A stretch of DNA of 64,000 nt from Oculina patagonica (lineage: Eukaryota). Below are positions 11,751 to 24,470 of this stretch, piece after piece. The position numbers were made by a program, and so were the translations under genes. The stretch spans positions 41,912,001 through 41,976,000 of the forward strand of contig NC_135758.1 of assembly GCF_052425735.1 (NCBI RefSeq), given 5' to 3'. The notes beneath the pieces were generated by a model. The model saw nothing but the letters and a program-made list of their open reading frames with translations. It ran no database searches and had not been told where the DNA came from. Each line of letters opens with the position of its first letter. Position 1 is the stretch's first letter.

Positions 11751-13530
11751 CCAGATGCTTTGCGCTTTCTAGCGCTTTGTTAATCAACTAGTTAAACCAA
11801 TCTCAGTTAAAAAAAAAAAACATAAAAAAGGTCTAATGAAACAAAAAATCAGCGAACGACACTGACAAAGTGTTGATTAATGACGGGAACTTTATCAACC
11901 AATGTTTTTTATATAAGAAAAATTGTTAGCTAAGAAACGTTTGAGCCACAATCTTGCCTTCTATTGCCTAATATGTCCATATTAAAATAACCTAAAGAGG
12001 AAACTACCTTTTATTTTAACCTCAAACAATGGGCCAGTGCCCCCTTATATGCTTAGAGTGCAACTTATTTCGGGATCTAAACTGCTTTCAATTCCGTTAA
12101 ATTGCAGAGAGTATCCGCTAAATATATACATTACAAGCTCGACTTCTTTATAATTAGAAATGCTGAAAAAGGAGATTCTTATCAGCTCAAGGCACTAGAT
12201 AAGTTTAATGAAAAATTCGATCTTACAATCTCGAATAGATATAATATATTATTACTTTTAAACGTAACCAATACTAAAAGATAAATCTTATCGGGCGTGT
12301 TACACCTTTGTATGTTTTCTTAACGCACAGAAATCGCGTAATGTTTTCTAAACTACCAAGTTCTTCTAATTAAGGTACATGGATTTAAGCGCAATATTTT
12401 AGCATTGATATTTAAGTGTTTGTTGTTTTGGCCTTTTATCTTAATAATGGTAGCCTGGGGGGCCGGTATAAGTACAAAAAAGTAGCCCCCTTTTTTATTA
12501 TATTCATTAAATGAACGTACTTTTACAACCGTAATATAAATGGAACCGCCCAGTCCGGAAAGACCGACGGCTACACAAGGAAGCGGCGAGTTTTAATCGA
12601 AATGTAAACAAGCTCCCATTAAGAAGAATGAAAAAGAAAAACTTGTGTCTATGTGGTCTTTACAAAAACTTGACGGCTAAAGATTTAAAAGTTAAAAAAC
12701 ATGGAAATCAGGGAGGAAAGGGAAGTCATAAAAACTACTATATTTCGCATCTAAATTCTGTTATCAGGAATTATCAATAGAAATCTTAATTACAGGCAAA
12801 GCTAGTTTTTTGTTTTCATTACAGAGTCTTTGGATTTGAGAATTGATTCAGCAATATCGATAAAAAAGTGATTTCTACAAATATTGTTGACTTAAATACA
12901 AAGAGAATGAAAATATAAATAAACTGAGAGCAACTGCGAGTTAGGAAAATCCTATCTGTCGTCTTACGCTCACTGGGGATTGTATGAATTGTTTTTCTCT
13001 TTTGTACAAATAAAATGAAACGGGTTTGTCTATCCTTATTGATTTCCGGCTATCAGGATTGATTTGTATCACGAACAGAAAAAAAAAAAAACAATTTTGT
13101 CAAAACGATATATAGATTTTAAGTTTTAATTCGTGGAATAACTGTAAACTGACCGTAAAGCTAAGCTTATTTCACGTTGACAAAGTATCTATAAAGTATC
13201 TATCTATCAAGAGAAAATTCGTTTTGGTGAAAACTTTCAGTCGGAATGGCGGCTAGCGACTAGAAAGAAACGCATAAATGTCCTTAGTCTGTTCTCTGTG
13301 GACCTAAAAAGAAATTTTTAACAGCGAAATACTAATTTGTCTGCAGTGTTACGTGCGAAAAAAGCATTTTTTTGGAAAGCGAGAGTTACATTACAATGAA
13401 AATTGCTAAAATGATTTATTCAAAGTGTGATCTTCGTAGTGATGCATTTATGCGATGACAGCCGGCCCAGAAAAATAAAAGCTTTTGGTTTTTGACAAGC
13501 CTGGTGTCAAAGCCATTATTTTCTTTTTAT

Positions 13531-14703
13531 CTACACATTATTTTCTTCGATATCGACAGGTTCTTCAGCGTGCAGATAACTGTTTGTCTGTCTCGTTGTT
13601 GAACCGGAATGATTTGAGCCGTCAATGTTGCTCAAAGCGGTTATGTTCGAGTATCGATTTGGTGGCGTTTTCTGTCGCTTGAGCCCGAACATTTTCACGT
13701 ATGTTTCTTTAAATCGCTTGTTGTGGAAGGTGTACAATGGCGGGTTGAGAGCTGAATTGAGATAGCCCAAGAGCAAGAAAGCTGAGAACAATTCTGTCGG
13801 AATTTTATTCGATAGCTCCACCCCGTGAAAAATGGCGACCAGACTTAAAAGCGTGTGCGGCATCCAGCAGAAAAAGAACGCACAGACGATGATCAAAATG
13901 TTTTTGGCCGCCTTCATGTTTCGTTTGTATCTTTTCTGAGATCTCTTGGCGCGCCGTGTGATTTTTGCAACGTCTGCTGAAGAATTAGCTTCAGAAGGCA
14001 TCAGTTCGGAGGTTCTTCCGTTTCGCTGAGAGAATTTCCTGCTGTTGATGTTTCGCGCTATCATGAATATCTTGAAATACAGAAAGCACATTACCAGCAG
14101 TGGAAAAATAAAGTTAACGAACGAGCTGAGTATTGAGTAATCCGTTGTTATGTTGAAATAACATTTGTTGTTTTCTAAGCTCGACGGCCGGAATTTCCAT
14201 CCCATAACTGGTATCAAAGCGAATGACACCGAGTAGGCCCACAGGAGCACTATGACCAGGGCCGCTCGCTTGCGCGTCATAAAGGGACTTTGTCTGTAGC
14301 GACTTAACGGGTCCTTTAGGCTCTTATACCGATCCACGCTCACCACCAGAAGGTTCCAAATAGACGAGGGTACAGTGATAAGATACGCAGTCGTCCATGC
14401 CTGACAAAGGCCCTCGCTGTGGGTCCATTCGGAGTCTGAAAGTTGTTGATCAACATCAAAAGGCATCGAAAGAGTTGCTGTCAACAAGTCGCTGACCGCC
14501 AAGGAAAAAATAAATAACATTGTGGGAGATGAACGAAGTTGGCCGTTGACAAGAATAGCCACGCACACCAATATGTTTCCAATGATGGTGACAATGATGA
14601 TTAATATTAGGACACTTGCCGAGACAAGGTAGAAACTGTGTAGCGAGCTTGAGCCGCCGGCATTGAAATTTGCTGCGGTAATAGTGTTGTTGTTGAAACT
14701 CAT
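13531..14703 (-). CDS. Rhodopsin-like (class A) GPCR, aminergic/adenosine-like orphan, about 390 aa, copy A
   Basis: Seven hydrophobic helices with GN, LAVSD, DRY, CWMP and NPPLY motifs. First ATG is at 14703 (the ORF-track start is a TTG). The CDS is intronless, with a likely 5'UTR acceptor near 14951. Confidence 0.93.
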   Translation of the reverse strand: MSFNNNTITAANFNAGGSSSLHSFYLVSASVLILIIIVTIIGNILVCVAILVNGQLRSSPTMLFIFSLAVSDLLTATLSMPFDVDQQLSDSEWTHSEGLCQAWTTAYLITVPSSIWNLLVVSVDRYKSLKDPLSRYRQSPFMTRKRAALVIVLLWAYSVSFALIPVMGWKFRPSSLENNKCYFNITTDYSILSSFVNFIFPLLVMCFLYFKIFMIARNINSRKFSQRNGRTSELMPSEANSSADVAKITRRAKRSQKRYKRNMKAAKNILIIVCAFFFCWMPHTLLSLVAIFHGVELSNKIPTELFSAFLLLGYLNSALNPPLYTFHNKRFKETYVKMFGLKRQKTPPNRYSNITALSNIDGSNHSGSTTRQTNSYLHAEEPVDIEENNV

Positions 14704-16619
14704 GCTCTCGATATATTGTACAGAAGTCAAGCCTAAGTGTTTTAGAATTCTTTTCCGTCACCTTTTGTATCAATACGGAATTGAATCGGCAAGGTTGTGG
14801 CGAGTTATGCCGCTATAAAACAACTTGTAGCTTAGAAGTCGCTTCGTCAAAGGAGCGGAGAAAAAGTGTTGTATCGCTTCTTTTGTTCCCTTTGCTCGGC
14901 AAATCCTCCACTTTTTTGTGAAACGACCACTTTCGCCTTCTTTCTCTGAACCTGAAAACAGGTGAATTCCAAAGAAGCGAAACTAATCAACAACATGGAT
15001 TGAAAAGTACTGCTCCTACCGGAAACCCGCTTCTCAGCAGAGTTAAACCGCTAAATGTAACATCTAAATACGATATTTTGGTTGCAAAACATGTAACATG
15101 TGAACTGTTATCGCGTGAAAGCGTCTCCCTCCAGGGCAAAAGTAATATTTCAAGGCGATGAAGAATGATCTGACGTGAACTGTGATGAAAACCGGACTTT
15201 GGCGGTAGTTTTTGACAGAGCTTTTTCTTTTATCTCGATATATTCCCTCCCACTACCGGACGCAATTAACTCAGTATGGGCAAAGAAATTGTCACATGTA
15301 AACTTTCATCAGCGAGTCTTATTGCAAACATAAGCCACTTTTATGGTGCTTTAAGACTCCTGGGCTGTTATTACCTACAATTAACTGTATTACGCAAGGG
15401 GTCAATTCTTTGTTTGCTGCTAGCTCTTGTTATTAAGTGAAAATCTTTATGTGAGGTATAACGCAAACAATTTCTGGCGAAAGTGCTTGATTTAATTGTA
15501 CCACCGCCAGGTCAGTCATTTTCTGACATATAATGTTTGATTTGACATCTTTAATATTTCATTTTTAATATAGTTTTAACAAATAAAAAATTTCGCCGGG
15601 AAATCCGAACTTTTTTCTCCTGGGGGTTCTATTAGTTTTCATTTAAAGAAGTGTCATCGAGCTGACTGCAAAATGAAAAAGGCAATTTTAAAAATAATCT
15701 CAAAAGGAAATCGTATTTACATGGGTTCAGAATCTTAATTAATGAAGACTTATTTAAAATGAATACGAAAACTCTAGAATGAAGCGAGACGTGTTACTCC
15801 GGGATTTTCTATCTGTCTTTACGTATAGTTAATCTATTTTCTATGAGCAGTTTACTTAAAGAGTGTTTTAAAATCTTCTTTCTTTCAATTGACTTTGATT
15901 GTCGGTGAAGTATTTGACGTTTCAATCGAAATGTCTTTGTTTATCAATAAATGAATCTTTTCGGCTTCTCGGTGAGGGCTTCGCTTTGTTTTCCTCATAA
16001 AATTTGATATAATTTTGGCATTATGTTCTTTTTTTATTAAATCCTATGTATACTGGGTGGTAAAAACGTTTTTAATGCATTTTCATTTTCTGATCGAAGT
16101 TTGATGACAGCTTTATCCGTTGCAACATTATAACACTGAGCTAAAAGATTCTACCTAGATAGCAAGCGATTGACGCGCTCAAATTCATTTTTTCATTGTT
16201 TCGGGCTAAATTTGCGTCTCTTTTTTCCTCGGCTTCATTTAAAGACTTGAAAACCGGCGAGCATGTTCGTGATCTCTTCAGAGGTGATATCAACCAAATT
16301 TTATCCGAATACTTGTAAGCTATGTTACGAAATTTAAAATTATTAGTTTTAGCAAATTAAAGTGAAAACACTATGGTGGCGATAAGTTTTAATATGTTGC
16401 AACTAAAAGAGTAAACACTATATTACAAAAAATTACCAACGGATACGACTAACAAAGCTTACAATTTATTTTTATATTTGCTCCAAAAGGAAGCTAGTTT
16501 TTTTTTTCACACTTAGAAAAGTGATTTTTTTTCTGTTTTATAATACGGTATACAGTTTGATCCTGCGCGCATTCCAATTTGCTTATGGCCAGAGAATAAA
16601 ATACAGAAAACTGTGTTTT

Positions 16620-16854
16620 AGAGCGATTTTCAGTTGAGTAGTGTCGAAAGTTAAATTCGCGTTTGTTTTGCATTTCTACGCTTCGTGATTGGTTAAAAAA
16701 AAATCGTGCCACTTTGCAATTTTCTTAACCAATCAGACGTAAAACCAAAACCAATCGTGACTCGCTCGCGCACGTTTTCCGTGCTGACTACATGTATTTT
16801 GCGTCGAGTTTTGATTGGAAGTTTGGTTTTATGACACTTATTTGAAAATTGCAC
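16620..16854. mobile_element. MITE-like interspersed repeat (mirror at about 29357-29594)
   Basis: Degenerate inverted termini TAGAGCGATTTTCAGTTGAG..GTCGAAA / ATGACACTTATTTGAAAATTGCACTG. Confidence 0.5.
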
Positions 16855-16878
16855 TGTTTTGCTCACTGTCTCATAATT

Positions 16879-17170
16879 AGCAATTATTCCACGAGCGCTC
16901 GTTGGATATGAGATAGTAGATAGCCAACGAGGCGCGTAGCGCTGAGATTACGCGCCTTGTTGGCTATAACGATCTCATATCCAACAAACGCGAATGGAAT
17001 ATTTGTTTTATTAAAAACTCCCAAACAATTGCAATATTTGAGCTCCCCAGCTGTTTTCGCTGACGCGTTTCGGCTACCATATTTGTGGTCCATGGTATAT
17101 GAGCTCATATACCATTGCCTGTTAACCAATCAAAATGCAGGAATCGCAATATACCATTGCTAGTTTTTAA
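16879..17170. repeat. Hairpin-forming interspersed repeat at the inner end of the left arm
   Basis: Imperfect palindrome of about 125 bp: CAATTATTCCA..GTTGGATATGAGAT..ATAGCCAAC / GTTGGCTAT..ATCTCATATCCAAC..TGGAATATTTG. Confidence 0.6.
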
Positions 17171-17468
17171 TAATAAAAGATATATTGAAGCCAGAACACA
17201 GGGTCATCTTCTTCCGGGTGAATTGTCCTAAAAGAAGACGCATAACACATTTTTCACTCAGTTCTCGATCGATCAAATAGCACCTAAGAGGAGTTTACCC
17301 AGAGAGTAACCAGTGAGAGCCAAGCATTAGACAACAAGAAGGATAATAATTCCCTAATTTAATGGCTCGTTAATCTATGTTTGAAAGCTCAATAAAGTAA
17401 TCTATAGCTTAAAAATATTAAAATTATAGAATTTAAAACAACAAGTATAATTTTTTTACTGTTACTAA

Positions 17469-17562
17469 CAACCTCGTTCCCAGGGCTTTTCCCATGGTGA
17501 TTTGGAACGGGCGGGAAAAAAAAAAACAAATCAACAAGGGAAAAGCCCTGGGAACGAGGTTG
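17469..17562. mobile_element. 94-bp MITE with 9-bp TSD
   Basis: TIR CAACCTCGTTCCCAGGGCTTTT / AAAAGCCCTGGGAACGAGGTTG; flanks tgttactaa / tgttactat. Confidence 0.8.
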
Positions 17563-17932
17563 TGTTACTATAAATAACATAAAACGGCGGGAAATTCACA
17601 TATTTCAAAAATCCTTTCAGTATTTAGACTATTAATGTTTCTGTCTCAAGTTCTTTCAGAAACGGTCGTTAGATATCCCATAATACAAGTTTTGTGACGT
17701 CATTTTCCCGCTAAAAATATATGTCACAATCTCCAAAACTTAGAACAGACGATTTCAGAGAATATATTGTTCACCAAGTTTCAGGTTATTGCTTAAAAAC
17801 TCAAAAAGCTCTTTGCTGATTGTTTAGTCCTTAGTCCTAAGTTAAATTCAAAAATATATTCAAAAAACGTAAAAAGGGAAAAATAAAGAAAACCATATAC
17901 TCCTAACTTGTACTTTATGCCTGTCATTTGTA

Positions 17933-18459
17933 CAGTGGAATCTCGATTTAACGAACCTCTATATAACGAAGTCCTCGGTTTAACGAACGATATTCTTCAG
18001 CCCGGCCAAAGTTACAGTAAAATGTATGAAACAGGACCTCGATATAACGAAATCCTCGTTACTATACGAACACAATTTAGGAGCCCAAACGTAAAAGGTA
18101 CCTCGATATAACGAAAAAAAGTCAATACACGACAAATAATGAACGCGGAACAGACCAACAAGGATGAAAATCCGATAATCCTGTAACAAGAAAACAAGTT
18201 CAAATACCTATGTCCATATCTATGTGCATATATTATACATTATAAATGTTATTTTCAGAAATCGATAATATCCGGCAATGCTGTGTACGTAGTGCAACGT
18301 AACAGCGTTAAAAACTAATTAACTATACCTCGATATAACAAACATTTTGGTTGTTTTTCTGTAAATTCGTTAAATCGAGGTTTTCGATATAACGAAACCT
18401 CGATACAAAAAACAAATTTCATCAGTCCCTTGGTAATTCGTTAAATCGAGGTTCCACTG
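17933..18459. mobile_element. Tc1/mariner (pogo/Tigger-like) MITE
   Basis: TA|CAGTGGAATCTCGATTTAACGAA ... TTCGTTAAATCGAGGTTCCACTG|TA with internal CCTCGATATAACGAA repeats. Confidence 0.85.
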
Positions 18460-20073
18460 TATATTGTTCTCACAATATATACCTCCTTTGGCAAAGAATC
18501 AATTCGTTGTTCTTTCGGCCGCTTCGTTATGTACTTAAACATTAAAATCACACAATCCAATAAGACCAATATCGTTGCCAATTTTTATTTCAATGCAATA
18601 TTGTTAGGTTTATTTAAATCCTTGACAAAATTTCACATCTTTGATTCACACACTTTTCGTTTATCTTAAGGGGAAGATATTTGGGTTTTTTTTGTAACGT
18701 ATTGATTATAGCAGTTTATTTCTAAAAATTAGATAGCATTTCAGAAGCCTTTTCAGCGAGCAAATAGGAGAGATAAGTAAGAATAAACAACCTTAAAAGG
18801 AAACTGTTTAACACAATATTTGTCATACAGCATACTTTATTTTCAGGGGAACGCTAATCCAGGCAGCACATGTACAGTTTGATTAATTATTTTCAGTTTT
18901 GTAACTTTCAGTGAGGTTTTCTGATTATATATAGATGTTTGTCCTGTAAACTATAAAAATCTACAAAATATCTTTTAACCAGTAACATTTTTGTGCACGA
19001 AAATTAAAGCCTTGAAAAGGAAAGTAAAGTGATCCGCAATGAACTTTTAATTACTGCCTCAGCTTTGATCGGAATTCAAACAATCAGTAAGTGAACAAGG
19101 GGGTGCACAATGTGCTAAACGAGCAATCGGCGAGTTACACAAATGGCCGCAAAGATCTTTGCGGACTTCTCCAAACAAAACGAAACTTTGATCAAAGCCA
19201 GGAATTTTCCGGGCGTAAGCCGAAGGTCAGAATGAAAGATCAGTGAGGTGTATCATAAGTGCATGAAGTAATTTATTTCATGCCGAAAACTTAGTCACTT
19301 CTAAGGTTAACCGGTCTGAAAAGATCCAAAAAAGCCCGGTCTGAATAGGGTTAAGACCAAGTTAAAAAATACAAATGTTTCTCGTCCTCGTCCGCTTTAT
19401 TTTTTGGGCCGCCTCTCAAAAAGAACAACAAGCATTACTTTCAAAACAATAACGTTACTTTCCCTTTGTAGTAGTTATAAATTCTTTAAGACATGGCTTG
19501 TAACCGCTTGGTACGCTAGGTCCTTACTGGATAGGTCCATCACCTTGCAGGATTTATTTTGGTAGTTCCCTTCTGGAGAATTTGACGATGCAGAAAAAAA
19601 CATCCAAAATCGAATAACAAAGGTAAGGAATTCCACAAAATAATAACAAAAAATCACAAAAAGCGCTCACCCGCTCAGAAATCCGAACGAGAAACATTTG
19701 CTTTTTTTTTACTTGGCCTAACAATTACACTATGTTTTCATTTAATTTTAAGCATTTGCGAGAGGCAGGTAGCGTTTGATCAATTTTTTAAGATCGTGAA
19801 ATTCTTCAGCTTAAATGACAATTGTTTGAAAATGTCTGAAAGAATAAGCCTTACATGAACTACAGCTAACTATGTTCGACTGCCTGTTTGCGGTTAATTA
19901 CAAAAAGCTAATCCAGTGAAAAAGTCAGCAGGAGGTAAATCTTTCTAGTTTATTCCACACTTAAAAACAATTACCAAACGAGTCTTTTCGTCTACCAAGA
20001 CCAGTAAAAAGCTAAAATTTTAATTTGCCAATCTACAGTAGAACATCGTTTATCAAAAACGCTTGCATTGAGT

Positions 20074-20187
20074 TAGCCTGCGCATTTTGGCCGCGCGAAA
20101 ATTTAGGCCAGGCCCTCGCCCAAATTTTCGCTCGGCCAAAATGCGGAAAGCTCTACATTCGTACAGGAACGCTTGCTACATGGGCTA
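20074..20187. mobile_element. Short MITE with 9-bp TSD
   Basis: TAGCC...GGCTA termini flanked by the direct repeat gcattgagt. Confidence 0.7.
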
Positions 20188-21893
20188 GCATTGAGTTGTT
20201 TCTAAAATAAATGTGTTCTTTTTGTGCATCACCTTACACTTCAGCTTATAAGTCTCCGCACTTTTGGAAGTATCTCATTACACCAAATTTTCGCGACTAT
20301 TTCATGTCGATTTTGGGTTTGGCTTTCAGTTTGTGCTCTATCATGCCGTTGTCGCTTTAAGTGTTCTTCACAGTATCAGCCTTGCATATTTTATATGCAT
20401 TTCTATTTTTGACTGATTAGATCTTTCACAGATCGTACGTACTGACTAGCAGCATTTTCGTCCATGTTCCTTCATCAGTTCACTACGATTTTGCAAAAAC
20501 GATATGCCGCAAATTTGACGAATTTCAGTTTAACATTTCTTTTATTATAGAAGTCACTTGCTTGTTTGCGACATCAAACTTTGATGATTTAAAACTTGAA
20601 ATCACACAAAACGGAAAAAATTTATGTCATGTAATAAGCACTGGCTGGAAACCGTGTGCTTCTCATTATAAAAATATTTTGAATTCATTATTTTATTTTT
20701 CATTGTCAAACTGTTACCCCTTTTCAAAATTGTCCGTTTTCCATTCCAACTACTTTTGTTGACGTGCATTAATTTTAAATTTGGAGGAATAGATTTGCTT
20801 TGAACGCGTTTGAATAACGTTTGATATAAATAATTCTTATATTAGACAGTTTCTCGTCTTTTTGAAAGCGAGGATCCATTCAGCCTGCTGGTAAATACAG
20901 ACTATTACCTTAAATGTAAAATAAATGACTGAGAAATGTTTGCGAATTAAAACTACTACTGGGAATTCGAGCAGATCTTTTCTTACATTGGAAAAAAACA
21001 TCAACAAAAAGCTTGCAAAAGCATTATTTTAATTTGATTAAGCCCGAAGCGTAACAGGCTTAAAGTACGTTAAAGTTGTCGGTGATGTTGAGAGTCAAGT
21101 GTGTTTGCGCTACAAAATTGAATTTCTTAAAACATCAATAGACTATTAGACTAACAGGTGAAAAATAAGCTTAGTCAGAAACTTGGGGATATTGCGTTGA
21201 ATTAGCAGCAAATTCTTCATGCTGGCATCAAAGGAAATGTATTAAAATTTAACAAACGAGAAAAGATATTTCGAAATTGCGACTGAATGAATTTAAATAA
21301 TCGTTCGCGAGCCATTCTGTATAAGAACTAAACGAGTTGTTAATATAACAAATGGGGTGGAACATGAGTTTTTAAGTAAAAAGTATTTTTAAGGTAAAGA
21401 AAGCAATTACTTGGAGATGTTGGAACTTAGTTGCTGGGAAAAAATAACAAGCTGTCGAAAAAAATTTAGACAATTTGTCATGATTTAGAGATCGGAGTTA
21501 GATTAATTTTTATTGACCGCGCGTCAAACCTACAGATTTACAATTAGCACAGCAGGTCTAATTGAATAATTCTGCCGTTTCAATTGTATTTTAAACATTA
21601 CTCTGTCGGCAAAAGTTGAAATTAAAAAAGAGCATTGTTCGAAAAGTGGCTGAAATTAAAATCGCCTCGGGATGCGATACACCGACGTTTTGCGCACAAA
21701 GCGTAGTTCCTATGCTTTGCGTTGTTACAGAATCGGGGCGCGAAGTGGTTGCTAATTTATAGAACAAGAAAGTGTTTGAATTGGAAGCTGCCATTTACTA
21801 AGCTCGTCAAAGACCTCTGCATGCTTGTGACAACGGAGAGGTTATTAATAACTTCAGTTTGAACAACTTTGATTCACCGGGATGAGCTTAGAG

Positions 21894-21948
21894 TATAAAA
21901 GCCAGACGAGTAGCGTGAGGCTTTCCAACTTCTCGCCTTGAGGTAAAG
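21894..21948 (+). promoter_or_regulatory. Candidate TATA box and short non-coding first exon for the GPCR at 22755
   Basis: TATAAAA at 21894-21900, GAG|GTAAAG donor at 21943, and acceptor ttccag| at 22707, 48 nt before the ATG. Confidence 0.4.
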
Positions 21949-22754
21949 TATGATCATATCATTTCTCGCATTGATTGGTAATGCCTTATTACCACGAAGT
22001 TTGATAATTTTCGCTCGTCAAGTGCCAAATTCGAGGGGTTTCTTTTAGTATTGGTCTGGCAGTGTGAACTCGCGTACAGTGATTCGTCGGCGAGTGTCTA
22101 ATCTGTATAAATTTATCACCGGAACAACTTACTTATCAACAATAATAAATTGATTTTATCTCCAATTCCTTCCTCTAACCAGATCACTTAGATTGGAGCT
22201 GTGTGTGTATTGGGAAGTCAAAGCTGAAAAGCCTTGGAATTTTATGGTAAAAAAAAGACATTGAATCTCCTTGCCCGTGCCAGTGCAGTTAAAAGAGAGG
22301 ACCTGACGCTTACAGCGAGTTATTTTGTATTCGCCGTTATTATCAAGTCCAACAGAGGCAAAGAAACAACACTTTTAGCATTTTTTTGAATTCATCTACG
22401 AATCTTGCGACATCTGGAACAGAGGAACTAAAAAAGGAAGGTATAAGACTTACCGCGGTCATCTTAGAGTGTGCCAAAATAACTGAAGAATCTCTTTTAA
22501 ACTGACGAGAAGGAGTTTATTCTGCTTTTTCGATCTACAAGGTACAGTTAACATCAAATTCTATCTTGTGCGTTCAGATATTATTGCAAAACATTACGTT
22601 TGTTTTGGTCATTTGGTAGACTTTGTATTGAACATTCGCGATACAAAATCAAAAAACGACGTTCACAGCGACTTCTCTTTTCCACCGAAATAAACGCTCA
22701 TTCCAGATTCTTTGGTTGCCTTCATTAATTTTAGCTTCTCCCGGCGATTTCGCG

Positions 22755-23846
22755 ATGAATTTCTCCGAGACGAATCTTTCCGTAACGCCGGCTATGACGT
22801 CACTGAGCTCAGGTTTGAAGTACGTCAGTGTGTCAGTCTATGCTGTCATAATTTTAATGGCATTCGTTGGAAATCTTATAGCCTGCTTCGCATTTATTGT
22901 GAGCGGAATTGTTCGCATGTCGCCCACAAACCATTTCATTTTTTCACTAGCTGTTAGCGACTTGCTTACTGCTTGCCTCGCGATGCCTTTTGACCTGGAG
23001 CAACTTTTAACCAATCAGATTTGGCCCCACGGCGAAGCGCTCTGTGTGGTGTGGACATCAGCGTATCTCATCACCGTGCCCTCGTCCATTTGGAGCCTAT
23101 TGGCCGTCAGCGTGGACCGTTATAAGAGCCTCCAAGATCCACTCAACCGCTTTCGTCAAACTCCATTTATGACCCGTAGGCGAGCAGGCCTGGTCATTTT
23201 ACTTTTATGGGTCTATTCGGGGATTTTTGCTCTCATGCCTGTTATGGGTTGGAATCGATTGCCTCGCAGCGTCGAAAACAATTTTTGCGAATTCAACATC
23301 ACTCCGGAATACTCTTTGTTGAGTTCGTTCGTGAACTTCGTCTTACCCACGTTATTTATGTGTGCGCTGTACTGGAGAATTTACAAAATTGCCAGTGGCA
23401 TGAGCAAAAAGGAAGGTTTGAATCGTCAGGAGAATTCACCCCACACGGGTCGAAAACCCGCCAAGAGCCTTAGAAAGAAAATTAAGACAACCAAAAACAT
23501 TCTGGTCGTAGCTTGCGCTTTCTTCTTCTGTTGGATGCCGCACACAGTTCTTAGCATCGTCACAACGTTCATGTACATATTATGTATGCCATGTTTATCT
23601 GCGATCCCTGGAGAGCTTTACATCATATTTCTGATGCTAGGATATTCAAGCTCGGCTTTAAATCCTTATTTGTATGCGCTGAGGAACACGCAGTTTAGAA
23701 ACGCCTTTTCTCGTGTTGCTACCACGCTGAGATGCAAGTTTTTTCAGCGGCATCCTTCGCCTCGTACATCCGGGAAACGACAATCCAGTAGCTTGCTGCG
23801 CAATCAAGGTGGACAGAGCACAGCGACGCGAACCACAACGTTATAA
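22755..23846 (+). CDS. Rhodopsin-like GPCR, paralogue 2, about 363 aa
   Basis: 7TM with GN, LAVSD, DRY, CWMP and NPYLY motifs. N-glycosylation sequons NFS and NLS follow the ATG at 22755. ECL3 has CMPC and the C-terminus is TTTL. Confidence 0.93.
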   Translation: MNFSETNLSVTPAMTSLSSGLKYVSVSVYAVIILMAFVGNLIACFAFIVSGIVRMSPTNHFIFSLAVSDLLTACLAMPFDLEQLLTNQIWPHGEALCVVWTSAYLITVPSSIWSLLAVSVDRYKSLQDPLNRFRQTPFMTRRRAGLVILLLWVYSGIFALMPVMGWNRLPRSVENNFCEFNITPEYSLLSSFVNFVLPTLFMCALYWRIYKIASGMSKKEGLNRQENSPHTGRKPAKSLRKKIKTTKNILVVACAFFFCWMPHTVLSIVTTFMYILCMPCLSAIPGELYIIFLMLGYSSSALNPYLYALRNTQFRNAFSRVATTLRCKFFQRHPSPRTSGKRQSSSLLRNQGGQSTATRTTTL

Positions 23847-24256
23847 ACTGGGATCCCTGTGCCGGCTTTGCAGTTTTCCGCTTATTAGCGAATTATATTT
23901 ACAATATTGTATCAGAAAAGGTCCGTTTTCTTTTTATAAAAGTATATAATAGACTATGGCAACGGAATGCTATCCTTTATCACATAAATAAAGATATGAT
24001 TGCCAATAGGTCACTTCTACTGGCCATATGTGATAGCTGGAAGCTTTCTGTATATACAAGTGTTGCCATATCTGTAAATACATTGAAACAATCCAGCTTG
24101 TGGATCACCGTATAAATTTTAAATTTTATTATTAAAAATTATATAAACTTCACTTCGGGAAAACATTATTCAATAAATAATCTCAGAGCAACTTACACTA
24201 AGAAATGAGAACAATCTATAACGCCAAAAATGACGAAAATAGGACGTGGTAGCAAT

Positions 24257-24470
24257 CAACCTCGTACCTAGAGTCTTCGTTTCCTTGACCAGTGGTCGGA
24301 AAACGAACTACCCTGGAAAGTTCTGATTCTAAGTCCGATATCAGTATTACTTTCGGCTATTTCTATTGTTTTCAAAACAAATCAAAATCGATCCTGCAAA
24401 AGAACGTTCGAGAGTCGCTCGATTCGTCAAGTATGCGCAGAAAGGAACGAAGACTCAAGGTAGAGATTTG
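24257..24470. mobile_element. MITE of the CAACCTCG-terminal family, 8-9-bp TSD
   Basis: CAACCTCGTACCTAGAGTCTTCGTT / AACGAAGACTCAAGGTAGAGATTTG flanked by (g)gtagcaat. Confidence 0.7.

Larger units (their letters stand above)
3347..16915. repeat. Left arm of large inverted duplication (mirror of 29298-46467)
   Basis: Colinear reverse-complement match throughout (TMEM223 exons, GPCR, intergenic DNA, homologous internal gap), apart from TE indels. Confidence 0.95.

Noticed and set aside
20450-20485. Additional hammerhead-like CTGATGA...GAAA on the minus strand
   Set aside because: Stem II and the flanking stems do not pair.
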